This document shows, one piece after another, positions 10,480 through 19,612 of a stretch of DNA of 64,000 nt. The stretch comes from Longimicrobiales bacterium (GTDB lineage: Bacteria > Gemmatimonadota > Gemmatimonadetes > Longimicrobiales > Gaopeijiaceae), in the NCBI GenBank assembly GCA_965249725.1, contig CBDFMQ010000002.1, forward strand, positions 640,001 to 704,000. The letters are read 5' to 3'. A program made the position numbers and the translations under genes. The first letter of the stretch is position 1; every line of letters begins with the position of its first letter. The notes beneath the pieces are model-generated. The model worked only from the letters and a program-made list of their open reading frames with translations, was not told the origin of the DNA and ran no database searches.

Positions 10480-11256
10480 TCAGTATTTGGGACGCAGCGC
10501 CCTCGACATGAGTAAGCGGGCGACTCGGACGAGCGTGTTCCCAACCCTCATCGACGACGGGGTCGGTTTGCGATCGTAATGAAGGTGAAACGGAACTTCC
10601 GAGATACGGGCACCAGCATCGATGACACGCAGTAGCAACTCGACCGCGGCGGCAAAACCGGGTTCGGTCACAAGTCGACCGTCGCGGCTAACGGCGGCGA
10701 TCCGTCGGAGCACGGACGCGTCGTAGGCACGAAGATTCGATGACAGGTCGGTCGTTACTCGCCCGAGGAGACGACTCACAACGCCGTTAGCCATACGGCT
10801 GACTGTGCGACGCGAAAGGGGAACTCCGACTTGCCTCGAGCCGGGAACATAGCGGGATGCCAATACGACGTCCGAAGCACCCCGCACGATGGGTTCTATC
10901 ATGGTCGGAATCAGACCGACATCGTGCGTGTCATCAGCATCCATCGTGACGATGATGTCCGCCGTTTCCAGGGCTTTCGACAAACCATCGTTCAATGCTA
11001 CGCCGAATCCGCTATTGACGTCGTGCGTCAAGCCACTTACGCGGTCGCCACGATGTTGTACTATGACGTCCGCCGTGCGGTCCGTGGACCCGTCATCGAC
11101 AACCAAGACCGAGAATTCGTACGAGGCCAATCCCGGCGCCACTCGGATCCGGTGGAAGATTCTTGCTAGTCCGTCCGCTTCGTTGTAGGCCGGAAGGACG
11201 AGCACCACGCGGGGGCTATAGCTCCCACGCTGCTGAGGGTCCAAAGCTTGTTCCAT
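10480..11256 (-). CDS. Glycosyltransferase family 2 (polyprenol-phosphate sugar synthase-like)
   Basis: LVLPAYNEA, VVDDGSTDRT, MDADDTH, SRY, EVPF..YDRK. Start uncertain (11256 or 11325). Confidence 0.88.
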   Translation of the reverse strand: MEQALDPQQRGSYSPRVVLVLPAYNEADGLARIFHRIRVAPGLASYEFSVLVVDDGSTDRTADVIVQHRGDRVSGLTHDVNSGFGVALNDGLSKALETADIIVTMDADDTHDVGLIPTMIEPIVRGASDVVLASRYVPGSRQVGVPLSRRTVSRMANGVVSRLLGRVTTDLSSNLRAYDASVLRRIAAVSRDGRLVTEPGFAAAVELLLRVIDAGARISEVPFHLHYDRKPTPSSMRVGNTLVRVARLLMSRALRPKY

Positions 11257-12036
11257 GCGGCCGCCTCGCCAGAGAGAGCGAAAAGGGTAACGGGGCCGGA
11301 CGGGTCTGCGCGAGGTGCTGGCCAACGAAATGACCGAGCCATGATCCTCGGCGTGTTGTTCAACGGCAAGATCCGACGTGACCGAGGAAGGGAAGCCTAC
11401 TCAGCGCTCCTATGGGGGCCTCTGGGTGGACCAGGAAGCACGAGGTTAGGTGAAGTTCACTCTGTCTGACGGTGTGATTGCTGCTGCCGGAGAGACCGTC
11501 ACCGAGATCGTTGAGAGGGTGTCCCAAGCAAGGTTGACCTCAAGTCCTGGACTCCCTTTGGGCTCCAATTCTCCAAGCAGTCTTGGCCGGAGATGCGCAA
11601 ACAACTCGTCTCTCTGACTGCGGCGGTCGTCAGGGGTTGGAAGACTCGAATGGATAACTTGGCCAGTGCTGGTGAGGTTTAGGCTCAGGCGGCCGAAGGA
11701 TCTCAGTAGCAGAAGACCGGTGAGGTGAGCTCGAAGTCGCGACAGCACATAACTCGGGCCTCCGGCTCGGGCCGCTAACAAGCGGCCCTCGGTCAAACCG
11801 GCCGCGACCGGGTGGGCGGCGGTTCGCAGATTCGGTAACTCAGAGGGAATAGACGAAGGAAACGAAGGAGTGGACCGGTTCGGAGGCCCGACCTGCATCG
11901 AACTAGAGTGTTTCTGGACGTCGGACGATTTCACTGGTTGGCATCCTGTCTCCAGTGGATCGGCGAACTACAATGGGTTCCTGGGCATATACATGCCGAA
12001 CTGACACCGCTGACTGAGCTCTCAAGGAGAAACGAG

Positions 12037-12471
12037 ATGTCGTTGCCACGATTAGGTCGAGCGGTGTGCTGGATAGCACTCGTGTTGGTCTCGCTACAGT
12101 CAGCTGCGTGTGTGTCCAACAGTACGGTCCATTGGGAAAGCGACTGGCGGGCGGCATCGACGCGCGCAGAGCAATTGACGGCTAGGCACATTGCAGAGAT
12201 CAAACTCTACTCAGGCCGAACCGTTAACGCTAGAAACGTGTCCTTTGGGCTGAATTCCCTTTGCTGGATGGCCCTTGATGCTGACTCGGTGTCCACCTTG
12301 GCCTTGAGCGACGTTGAACAGATTAGCGTGGGGCTGGGTCGAGCTACACTGCGAACTGCAGTGGCCCTAGGCCTCGCTCCGCTTGTCGTTGTGAGCTTGC
12401 CTTCGTATCTGATGCGTGACGGACGTCGAGTGCGTGTTTGGAGCGACGAACTCACACGGCTCTCAGCATAA
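12037..12471 (+). CDS. Hypothetical lipoprotein
   Basis: AAGGAG RBS, hydrophobic signal ending in a SAAC lipobox-like motif, C-terminal hydrophobic segment. Confidence 0.55.
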   Translation: MSLPRLGRAVCWIALVLVSLQSAACVSNSTVHWESDWRAASTRAEQLTARHIAEIKLYSGRTVNARNVSFGLNSLCWMALDADSVSTLALSDVEQISVGLGRATLRTAVALGLAPLVVVSLPSYLMRDGRRVRVWSDELTRLSA

Positions 12472-12724
12472 CGGGTGTCCTATTGGGTGCGATGCTCGGC
12501 TCTTCGGTTGGGGGTAGGGTTGTGTTTGTCCGCGAATAGGGCCGTTGTCGGATAGGTCACGTCATCTTTGAGGCGGGTCACCCTTCCGGGGTGGCCCGCT
12601 GCTCTCCTGTCGATCGATGGCCACGGGAACGCTCGTATCACACTGTCCCATTGGCGTCACCGGTCCGCACGCGGATGACCTGGTGCCTAACTAGGGTCGG
12701 GCAACAAAGCCATCCCCGGGGACG

Positions 12725-13192
12725 CTATTTCGTGGCCGTGACCTCTTCCGCAGGATCTGGCAACTGTTTCGCGTACTGATGTACTCCAAAGCCCGCCACG
12801 AAGAACGATAGCCACCAGAGGAAATACCCGGGTTGCAGGTTCTCTACATCAACACTCCCTTCAAGCCCGAGCACCCAATGGGCATTGAGGACGCCCGCCA
12901 GCATGCACGCCTGTCCCGCCTGAGCGATCTCCACCCGTGAACGAGTTGTCAGCACGAGGGGCAGGATCAGCACGAACACATTCGTGATGACGCTCGCGAC
13001 GAAGAGTGCGCCGACGAGCCCACCACCCTCGAAATCGACGCCTTCGTCGGGCCAGATGGGAATTAAGGCTGCGCGCACGGCCTCAAGGCCCGGAATAGCA
13101 TCGGGAAGATGGCCAAGAGCGACGTGCACCGGGACGAACCAAGCGATCACGTACATGAGTACGGCTCCGAGCACGACGTTGAGTGATTTCAT
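12725..13192 (-). CDS. Hypothetical membrane protein (about 4 TM)
   Basis: Strong GGGAGG RBS; hydrophobic segments; GYFLWWLSF C-terminal motif. Confidence 0.7.
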   Translation of the reverse strand: MKSLNVVLGAVLMYVIAWFVPVHVALGHLPDAIPGLEAVRAALIPIWPDEGVDFEGGGLVGALFVASVITNVFVLILPLVLTTRSRVEIAQAGQACMLAGVLNAHWVLGLEGSVDVENLQPGYFLWWLSFFVAGFGVHQYAKQLPDPAEEVTATK

Positions 13193-13247
13193 AAGGCCTC
13201 CCTTTCAAATGGTCTGAGCTGTGCTGACAACTCTTCTGGCATCATCT

Positions 13248-13304
13248 CCGGGCGTCGGACTCCGCAAGTGTGAACCTACGGAGCGGGAGGGCACCGACGC
13301 CCGG
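13248..13304 (-). terminator. Long stem-loop directly after the stop codon of the large ATPase gene
   Basis: Perfect 11-bp IR CCGGGCGTCGG/CCGACGCCCGG plus a 9-bp inner stem with G-U pairs on the minus strand. No U-tract. Confidence 0.45.
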
Positions 13305-16300
13305 TCACGCGTCCTTTCCTCGAAGTCTCTTTGTGGCACCCAGGATGACCTTCGCAATGGCCTGGGTGCGAGTACTCTTGTCTCCTTCTTCGAGGGATTG
13401 GAAGCGCGTCTTCACCTTCCAACCACGGATGGTCTCCTCGCCGCCCGCTCCGTGGGCCTCGAGGGCCTCCAGGAATACGAACAGCTCTTCCGGCGTCAGG
13501 AACTCGATCCGAGAGAGGCTCTCTTCCTCAACGGCAGCCTCAACCGCCGCCTGAGCCCGACCCAGCACCTTCCTCTCCGGTGAGACCACCGCGACGGCGT
13601 CAAATCCGGCTGCCAAGCATTTCTGGACGTTCCCGACCTCTTGGTCTGGGGTACTCTTAACGGCTACCTCACAGGCCACTCGCTGCTCCGAGCGTTCAAG
13701 CGATACGTCCACCCGGCCCAGGCCGTCGAGGATCGGCTGCTCTACGGTGACGTGCCATCCTCGGCTTCCCGCCCAGCGCTTGATGAGTTCCTGGAGGTAG
13801 CGGTGTTGGGCGCCACCCCGACCGAGCGGTTGAGGCTCGGCGAGTTTGGTGGCTGCTAGAACCGGACGAGAGGCCCGACGAGGTGCAGGGGCCTCCTTGG
13901 GGATCTCCGGCGCTTCAGGCGGTGATTCCGGGGCCGTGGGAGGTCCAGGAGCTGAGGTGCGGCCCCGCCTGAGAGCCTCTTCCACGACATCGCGGGGTGT
14001 CCCGTACCTGGCGCGGGACAGCGCAACGATCCTCTGGACCCGATCCATTCCAACCGATGGTTCAAGCTCGAGGAGCGGCAGCGTCCTGAGGTTGAAGTCC
14101 CAGTCGGATCGCTCCACTCGACAAATCGCCTCCCCCCGACCCAGGCCGGAGAGGTCCTTCGCCTCAAACGAGGCGAAGCCCTCGGAGAGCTTGCGGGCGT
14201 CGCTGTCGCCAACCCGGAAGCAGACTCGCGTGGCAGGATTGCTGAGCACGGCGCTCGCTAGACCGGTGCCAGCTTGATCGAGTTGCGCGAGGTCCTGGTG
14301 AGCCAAGGTTAGGCCAAGGCCGTACTTGCGGGCGCCGCCCAAGATCTGGGTCATCGAGGGCGTAGCGAAGTGCTGAAACTCGTCCACGTATAGAAAGAAT
14401 GACCGTCGGTCGGCTTCTGCTTGTGCCTGCCGAGCGGCGGCGAGCTGTTGAAACTTGGCGGCTAGAAGCGAGCCAAGCAGATGGGCATTCTCCTCACCGA
14501 TGGCTCCCTGAGAGAGCCGGGCGAGGAAGATCTGCCCCTGGTCCATGATCTCGGCAAAGTCCAGGCGACTCTCACGCTGCGAGACCATCCGGCGAAGCGG
14601 CTTAGGTGCCAGGAAACTATCCAGGCGTGTGAGGAGCGGTCCCTGTGGACGGCCCGAGAGGAGCGGAAACTCACGCTGCCAGAAGTACACAACTTCCTCA
14701 TCCCGAACCGTCTGAAGGAAGGCAGTCCGAAAACCTGGCTCTACGAGGAAGCGCCGTAGATCAGCTAGGGTGCCGCCCTCGTCGGACTCCAGAAACGCCA
14801 GGACGGCATTACGGAGGACGGAGGTCATCTGGTCGCCCCAGCTGGTGGCCAGGCGCCTAAAGGCTGCCACGAGGTCGGAGGCGAGGAGGTTTCGCTCCAA
14901 CTCAGAGTGTGCGGAGAGAATATTGAACGCGATCGGGAAGTCCTCGTCGGCGGGATCGAGCAGAACAACGTCGCCGTGTCGCTCCTCGGGGATCCGTTCC
15001 AGTATCCGGTCGATGAGGTCGCCATGCGGATCGAGGACTCCGACACCCTCTCCGTTTTCGATGTCCTGTAGGATGAGGCTCAGAAGGAAATGTGACTTCC
15101 CTGTGCCGGTAGCCCCAAGAACATGCATGTGGCGCAGGCGGTGGCCGGATGGCAGGTGTACCGTGGCGGTCCGGCCTCGGTGGTCGTTCTCACCCAGCAC
15201 CAAACCCGGACCCTGTGTGAGGGTCGGGGCTTCCCTGGTGGTACGTCGCTCCCTGCGAAGGCTCTCAGAGCGCACTACTGGCGAGGGCAGGTGCACCAGG
15301 GCCACCAGCTCCCCAAGGTTCAAGATCATTCCGCTCCGGTGCGTTGTGCGCTCCAGCAGGTCGAGCTCGTGTTCGTCGTCCGGGTAGTCTGCGTTCGAAA
15401 GCGGGATGAGTTCGTTGGAGCCGGTGCGGGCCAGCGGGCCGAGTGCTCCCCCAACCGAGCGCACGATATCCCACGTTCGATCCTCATCTTCACTGCGCGC
15501 AGCGACCCGAATCACAGCGGCGAAGAGTGGCTCGGATGCTTTGGCACGAGCAAGCGATTTCGGTTCCGAGCCCTCCAGGAGTTCGGCGCCTCGGAGCATG
15601 TTCCCGGACCATGGATGACGGACACGCCGAAACAGCACTTGGAGGACAGCGACTTCTTGTCCTCGAAGACCTTCCATGGCGCCGACGATGCCGACGAGCG
15701 GGTCGGTCTGGAAACTCGTCCCAGTATCAAGCGGAAACAGGAACTCGTTTGAGAGTCCGAAGTCGACCAGGAGGGATGTGCCGATCTTGGCCTCTCCCCA
15801 GGCCTGACGAAGGGCCTCGGAACTCTCTTCGAGGGCGATTTCTGGAAAGTGAGCCAAGAGCTGGCGTTCCACCACGCCGGCGTCCTCACGTCGCGTTGCC
15901 CACTGGACCGTGATGGCCTTGCTGGTCCCGATGAGTTCGAAGCTGACCACATCAAGATGGGCAGGAAGGCTCGCCAAGACCTGACCCGCCACAGCCCCGG
16001 AGACCTTTAGATCTGGGGGTAGCGAGACCGAAAATTCTGTGAGATCTGGATGGGTCGCATCCAGATCGGGCCACGGCTCTTCCCCTTCGCTCGGACCATC
16101 GTCGGTGATGCCTGAGTCCGGCTCGCGCTCCTTCCTGACGAGTGACGCGACGAGCTTGCTGACCAACGTGGGCTTGTGGGCATCGTCGGTAAGAGTCGGG
16201 GCATTTGAAAACTCCGGGGGAAAGGGTCGAAACGGTGGCTCAATCTCCACGGCATGTGGCCACACCCACCACCCGCGTCCGCGGCGCTCCCACGCATAGA

Positions 16301-16361
16301 AATCGACAAGTTGACGCTCCGCTGGCGAGAGCGGGGCCGCTGCCGCGGTCGTGTCGTCCAC
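13305..16361 (-). CDS. VirD4/TraD(TrwB)-like P-loop ATPase with a C-terminal PD-(D/E)XK-like domain
   Basis: Walker A GATGTGKS, LDPHGDL, Walker B LYVDEFQ, ARKYGLGLTLAHQ, FRVGDSDA. Pro-rich linker, then H...E...RVDVSL...ACEVA. Start is GTG 16361 (just after the upstream stop) or ATG 16409. Confidence 0.85.
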   Translation of the reverse strand: MDDTTAAAAPLSPAERQLVDFYAWERRGRGWWVWPHAVEIEPPFRPFPPEFSNAPTLTDDAHKPTLVSKLVASLVRKEREPDSGITDDGPSEGEEPWPDLDATHPDLTEFSVSLPPDLKVSGAVAGQVLASLPAHLDVVSFELIGTSKAITVQWATRREDAGVVERQLLAHFPEIALEESSEALRQAWGEAKIGTSLLVDFGLSNEFLFPLDTGTSFQTDPLVGIVGAMEGLRGQEVAVLQVLFRRVRHPWSGNMLRGAELLEGSEPKSLARAKASEPLFAAVIRVAARSEDEDRTWDIVRSVGGALGPLARTGSNELIPLSNADYPDDEHELDLLERTTHRSGMILNLGELVALVHLPSPVVRSESLRRERRTTREAPTLTQGPGLVLGENDHRGRTATVHLPSGHRLRHMHVLGATGTGKSHFLLSLILQDIENGEGVGVLDPHGDLIDRILERIPEERHGDVVLLDPADEDFPIAFNILSAHSELERNLLASDLVAAFRRLATSWGDQMTSVLRNAVLAFLESDEGGTLADLRRFLVEPGFRTAFLQTVRDEEVVYFWQREFPLLSGRPQGPLLTRLDSFLAPKPLRRMVSQRESRLDFAEIMDQGQIFLARLSQGAIGEENAHLLGSLLAAKFQQLAAARQAQAEADRRSFFLYVDEFQHFATPSMTQILGGARKYGLGLTLAHQDLAQLDQAGTGLASAVLSNPATRVCFRVGDSDARKLSEGFASFEAKDLSGLGRGEAICRVERSDWDFNLRTLPLLELEPSVGMDRVQRIVALSRARYGTPRDVVEEALRRGRTSAPGPPTAPESPPEAPEIPKEAPAPRRASRPVLAATKLAEPQPLGRGGAQHRYLQELIKRWAGSRGWHVTVEQPILDGLGRVDVSLERSEQRVACEVAVKSTPDQEVGNVQKCLAAGFDAVAVVSPERKVLGRAQAAVEAAVEEESLSRIEFLTPEELFVFLEALEAHGAGGEETIRGWKVKTRFQSLEEGDKSTRTQAIAKVILGATKRLRGKDA

Positions 16362-16368
16362 CTGACGG

Positions 16369-17034
16369 CTACTTTCCGAGGAATTCTCGAAGGATCGGCT
16401 TGCGCTCAAACTCCGACATCAACGGGAGTCCTCCGTCCCGAGTCAGATCATCCACCACTTCATTGACGGCTGCCTGGACAGAACTCTGGAACATCAGCGT
16501 GGTGTCGATGCGGTAGTACGTTTCGGGGCTGAACCAGCGCTGATAGAGAGTCCCGAGAAGCGGCATCGCCACCAGGGCATCGTCCCAGCCCGCGACTTGG
16601 GAAGCCACGTAATTAGCGAAGAGCCAGAGGCACAGAGGCACCAAGAATGGGAGCAGGACCAGTGCTAGGAGGACTCCAACCACCTTCGTCATCACCAGGG
16701 TGAGGATGAGGGTTCCGAGGGTCAGCGCGGCAAGCGCCAAGGGGCCATATGGAGACTGGAGCCGCCCCAGCCACCAGGAGACGAAGAAGCCGTTTCCATA
16801 AGGGGCTCCGCAGACGTCGAAGACGAGACGACCTCGCTCGATGCGGAGGTACTCCCGCTTGGCTGAAAGCACTCCACCCTCGTGCCAATCAACCCGGGAG
16901 CGTGACGTCTCTGGGAGTTCACGCCTCTCAACGGCCTGCTCGACAGAGTCGTAGAACCCGAGTGGCGAGGCACTGAGGCCTTCGAAGAGCCGGTACCAGT
17001 GGGAAAGGACGGTGGGAGCGGCGCTGCCAGGCAT
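16369..17034 (-). CDS. Hypothetical membrane protein (about 2 TM) between the two ATPases
   Basis: AGGAAAGGAA RBS, central hydrophobic hairpin, TYYRIDT motif; tightly coupled to the downstream ATPase. Confidence 0.8.
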   Translation of the reverse strand: MPGSAAPTVLSHWYRLFEGLSASPLGFYDSVEQAVERRELPETSRSRVDWHEGGVLSAKREYLRIERGRLVFDVCGAPYGNGFFVSWWLGRLQSPYGPLALAALTLGTLILTLVMTKVVGVLLALVLLPFLVPLCLWLFANYVASQVAGWDDALVAMPLLGTLYQRWFSPETYYRIDTTLMFQSSVQAAVNEVVDDLTRDGGLPLMSEFERKPILREFLGK

Positions 17035-17195
17035 AGTCGGTTCCTTTCCTAATGGAACGTGGCCTGGGGGGTGCTATCTCAACTTGCGCACAAGGTACGT
17101 TGGGGCAGGGCATAGGCGCCAGGAAATTGACGTTGGAGTTGGTCGTGTCACCGCCGTCCGAGTGGACGACGCGGCCAACTCTAGACCGTTATGAG

Positions 17196-18431
17196 TCAGC
17201 GTAAGGAGTCGATCGAGACGGCCGAGAACGGTCGTGACACCTCACCCTCAACAAGAAGTCTGAGGTACATCTCATACCTCGGTAGCCCGATCAGGTCGTC
17301 GGACGAGAACACGGGGGCGAATTCTCGGGCGAGGGAGATCGCGTCCTGACCGCCGACTCGGAAGGACGCCAGGGTGCCCGTGTTGCCGAACACGGCGTCG
17401 CGGATCCCGGGCTCTAACTGACTCAGATGTTGATGGGCGAGAACCATGCCAATTTTGTACTTACGAAGTTCAGACAGCATGTTGGCGAGGGATTGCGTCG
17501 TGAACGTCTGGAATTCGTCGAGGTAGACCCAGAAGTCTGAGCGATCTTCCTCAGGCTGGTCGCCTCGCGAGAGCCCTGCGAGGGCGATGTGGGATAGAAG
17601 GAAGGAACCCAGAATCGTGGCAGGTCCCTCTCCGATCCGGCCTTTGTCCAGGTTAACCAAGAGTATCTTGCCTGAATCCATCAGACGGCGGAGATCCAGC
17701 ATCCTCCCCTGGTCAACTAGAATGCGGCGGAGCAGGGGGTCCACCAGTAGCCCGCCCACCTTGTTCTGGAGGGGCGCGATTACGACGGCCCGGAAGGCTG
17801 GTGAGTACCGGTCGAACTCATCGATCCAGAACCGCCGAACGACATCGTTCTCCAAATCGGCCACCAGATTCTTCCGGTAGTCCCGATCCGTCAAGAGTGC
17901 GGGGATGTCGCCCAAAGTGCCTCCCGGTGCCTCCAAGAGCGTGTAGACGACATTGCGAAGTAAGTGCTCTAGGCGAGGACCCCAGTCGTCGGGCCAGATT
18001 TTCCGGAAACTCTCGACCAGGCCTGCGGCAGCCAGTGGCCGATTCTCCGGCGAGATGCCGGCAAACGGGTTGAAATGCCACTCGAGCCTACGGTCCGGGA
18101 CATCGAGGTAGATGAGATCAGCGTGTCTCTCAGGAGGTATCTGCTCACGGACACTGGCGACTAGGTCTCCGTGGGGATCGAAGAGCGCGAATCCCCCCCC
18201 GGCGGCGGCATCCTGGGCGGCCATGACCCGGAGGAGTGTGGATTTTCCCGTGCCGGTCTTGCCTACCAGGTAGAAATGGGAACGCCTGTCTGCTTGGCGG
18301 ATGCCAAAGAGGGTGCCTGCGTTTCGATGACTGGTTCGGGCGAAGAAAGTGATGCGGCTGTCTGGGGTGGATGACATGGAGTCATCGTGCCTGAGACGGC
18401 CGTCTCCTGAAAGAGGTATGATCCTGCCCAT
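17196..18431 (-). CDS. VirD4/TraD-like P-loop ATPase (short, no TM anchor)
   Basis: DRRSHFYLVGKTGTGKS, FDPHGDL, WGPRLEH, Walker B VYLDEFQ, SELRKY, FRVG..DA. Start may be 18377. Confidence 0.88.
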   Translation of the reverse strand: MGRIIPLSGDGRLRHDDSMSSTPDSRITFFARTSHRNAGTLFGIRQADRRSHFYLVGKTGTGKSTLLRVMAAQDAAAGGGFALFDPHGDLVASVREQIPPERHADLIYLDVPDRRLEWHFNPFAGISPENRPLAAAGLVESFRKIWPDDWGPRLEHLLRNVVYTLLEAPGGTLGDIPALLTDRDYRKNLVADLENDVVRRFWIDEFDRYSPAFRAVVIAPLQNKVGGLLVDPLLRRILVDQGRMLDLRRLMDSGKILLVNLDKGRIGEGPATILGSFLLSHIALAGLSRGDQPEEDRSDFWVYLDEFQTFTTQSLANMLSELRKYKIGMVLAHQHLSQLEPGIRDAVFGNTGTLASFRVGGQDAISLAREFAPVFSSDDLIGLPRYEMYLRLLVEGEVSRPFSAVSIDSLR

Positions 18432-18495
18432 CAGTCACTTCTGGCTCGCGCCCGAGGTTCGGTATGCGAGAAGCTAAGTACCCTGCGGACACGAA

Positions 18496-19566
18496 TCAGG
18501 GGCGAGTAGTAGACCTCAGTTCGGTTACTACACCGGTATTGATGTCGATCTCGACCAGATCAGATCCCGAAAAGCCGAACAGCCTGTCTCCCTTGAACAT
18601 CAGATCCTCGACCTGTGGCAAGGTGCTCAGCGTTGCGGGCGTCAATGCAAATGTGGTCGGGTTCATGGTCATGAGGCTGATCGGAGATCCGGCGTCCGAA
18701 TGGCTTTCTTTCGTAGTGACATAGATCGAGCCCGCCGGGGACCGGGCTGCCCCAAGAAGGAAATCGCTGAAGTATTGATACACCCGCTGTGTGCCCGATC
18801 CAGGCGTGTAGCGATATAGGTCGGTGAAGCCAGCAAAAGTGGTCACAAGCAAGAGTGACCCGGTCGGCTCGCAAAGGGTACTCGTCACATTGGCCGGTCC
18901 GATATCGATCTCTTCTTGAGAGGTGGCAATAGCGGTTGGAGGGTCTACCCGCCACAGAATATCGCCGTGGTACACATTCGAGTTCTCTGTCGCCCAGACG
19001 TCGCCCGTCTCGCATTCGGTCATCGCTGCTAGCAGGGGCCAATTGGACCTTCGCGCGCTCCCTCCACTTAAGTCTGCAGAGGCCACATGGACGATTCCGA
19101 CACGGAGATCCATTCCGCTCCTTGCTGTGTCGACCATCGCGATCGTCGTGGTGGTTATTGGTGTTAGAAGCGTATCGTATCCAAGGGCGAGAATTGAGCC
19201 GGGAATACGCGTCGGGGTCGTGGACACGATATCGACGGAACCGTGAATTCCAGTGACGGTCTCCGTTGCGGTGATCGTCGCTTGACCTGGTGACCTCGCC
19301 TCAATCAATCCACTGGCTGAAACGCCGACCAACATTGAAGCGGTGGATTGCCAACGAAACAGCTTGCCCGTGATTGTCTTGCCTCTGGCATCTCTTGCTA
19401 TGGCGGTGAGAGAGATCGCCTCGCCAACTTGCACGGTCGTCTTAGGTGCTAGGGCTTCGACGTCCGCAACTCCAGCAAGCTCAAACGGAATTGTCGGAGT
19501 TCCATCGTCGCCCCCACAAGCGAGACCGATGAGAAGAATCGAGAGAATGATGGTAGCCCTTTTCAT
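18496..19566 (-). CDS. Lipoprotein with an Ig-like (Big_2) domain and a beta-rich C-terminus
   Basis: GGAGG RBS; MKR...GLAC lipobox; VGEAISLTAIARDARG....FRWQS...VSASGLI.A.SPGQATITAT. Confidence 0.75.
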   Translation of the reverse strand: MKRATIILSILLIGLACGGDDGTPTIPFELAGVADVEALAPKTTVQVGEAISLTAIARDARGKTITGKLFRWQSTASMLVGVSASGLIEARSPGQATITATETVTGIHGSVDIVSTTPTRIPGSILALGYDTLLTPITTTTIAMVDTARSGMDLRVGIVHVASADLSGGSARRSNWPLLAAMTECETGDVWATENSNVYHGDILWRVDPPTAIATSQEEIDIGPANVTSTLCEPTGSLLLVTTFAGFTDLYRYTPGSGTQRVYQYFSDFLLGAARSPAGSIYVTTKESHSDAGSPISLMTMNPTTFALTPATLSTLPQVEDLMFKGDRLFGFSGSDLVEIDINTGVVTELRSTTRP

Positions 19567-19612
19567 GGTCCCTCCAGGAGAACGTCGCGGGGTTGCAGAG
19601 AATTGGGTCGGG

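Noticed and set aside
11446..11934. 162-aa minus-strand ORF
   Set aside because: No recognisable motif or RBS and it overlaps an inverted-repeat region; cannot be supported, though a gene remnant is not excluded.
12465..12550. Integron attC-like site (GCATAAC...CCTATT...AATAGG...GTTGTCG), with similar TAAC motifs near 11747 and 17188
   Set aside because: R/L box spacing and the R' consensus do not fit, the candidates do not resemble each other, and there is no integron integrase.
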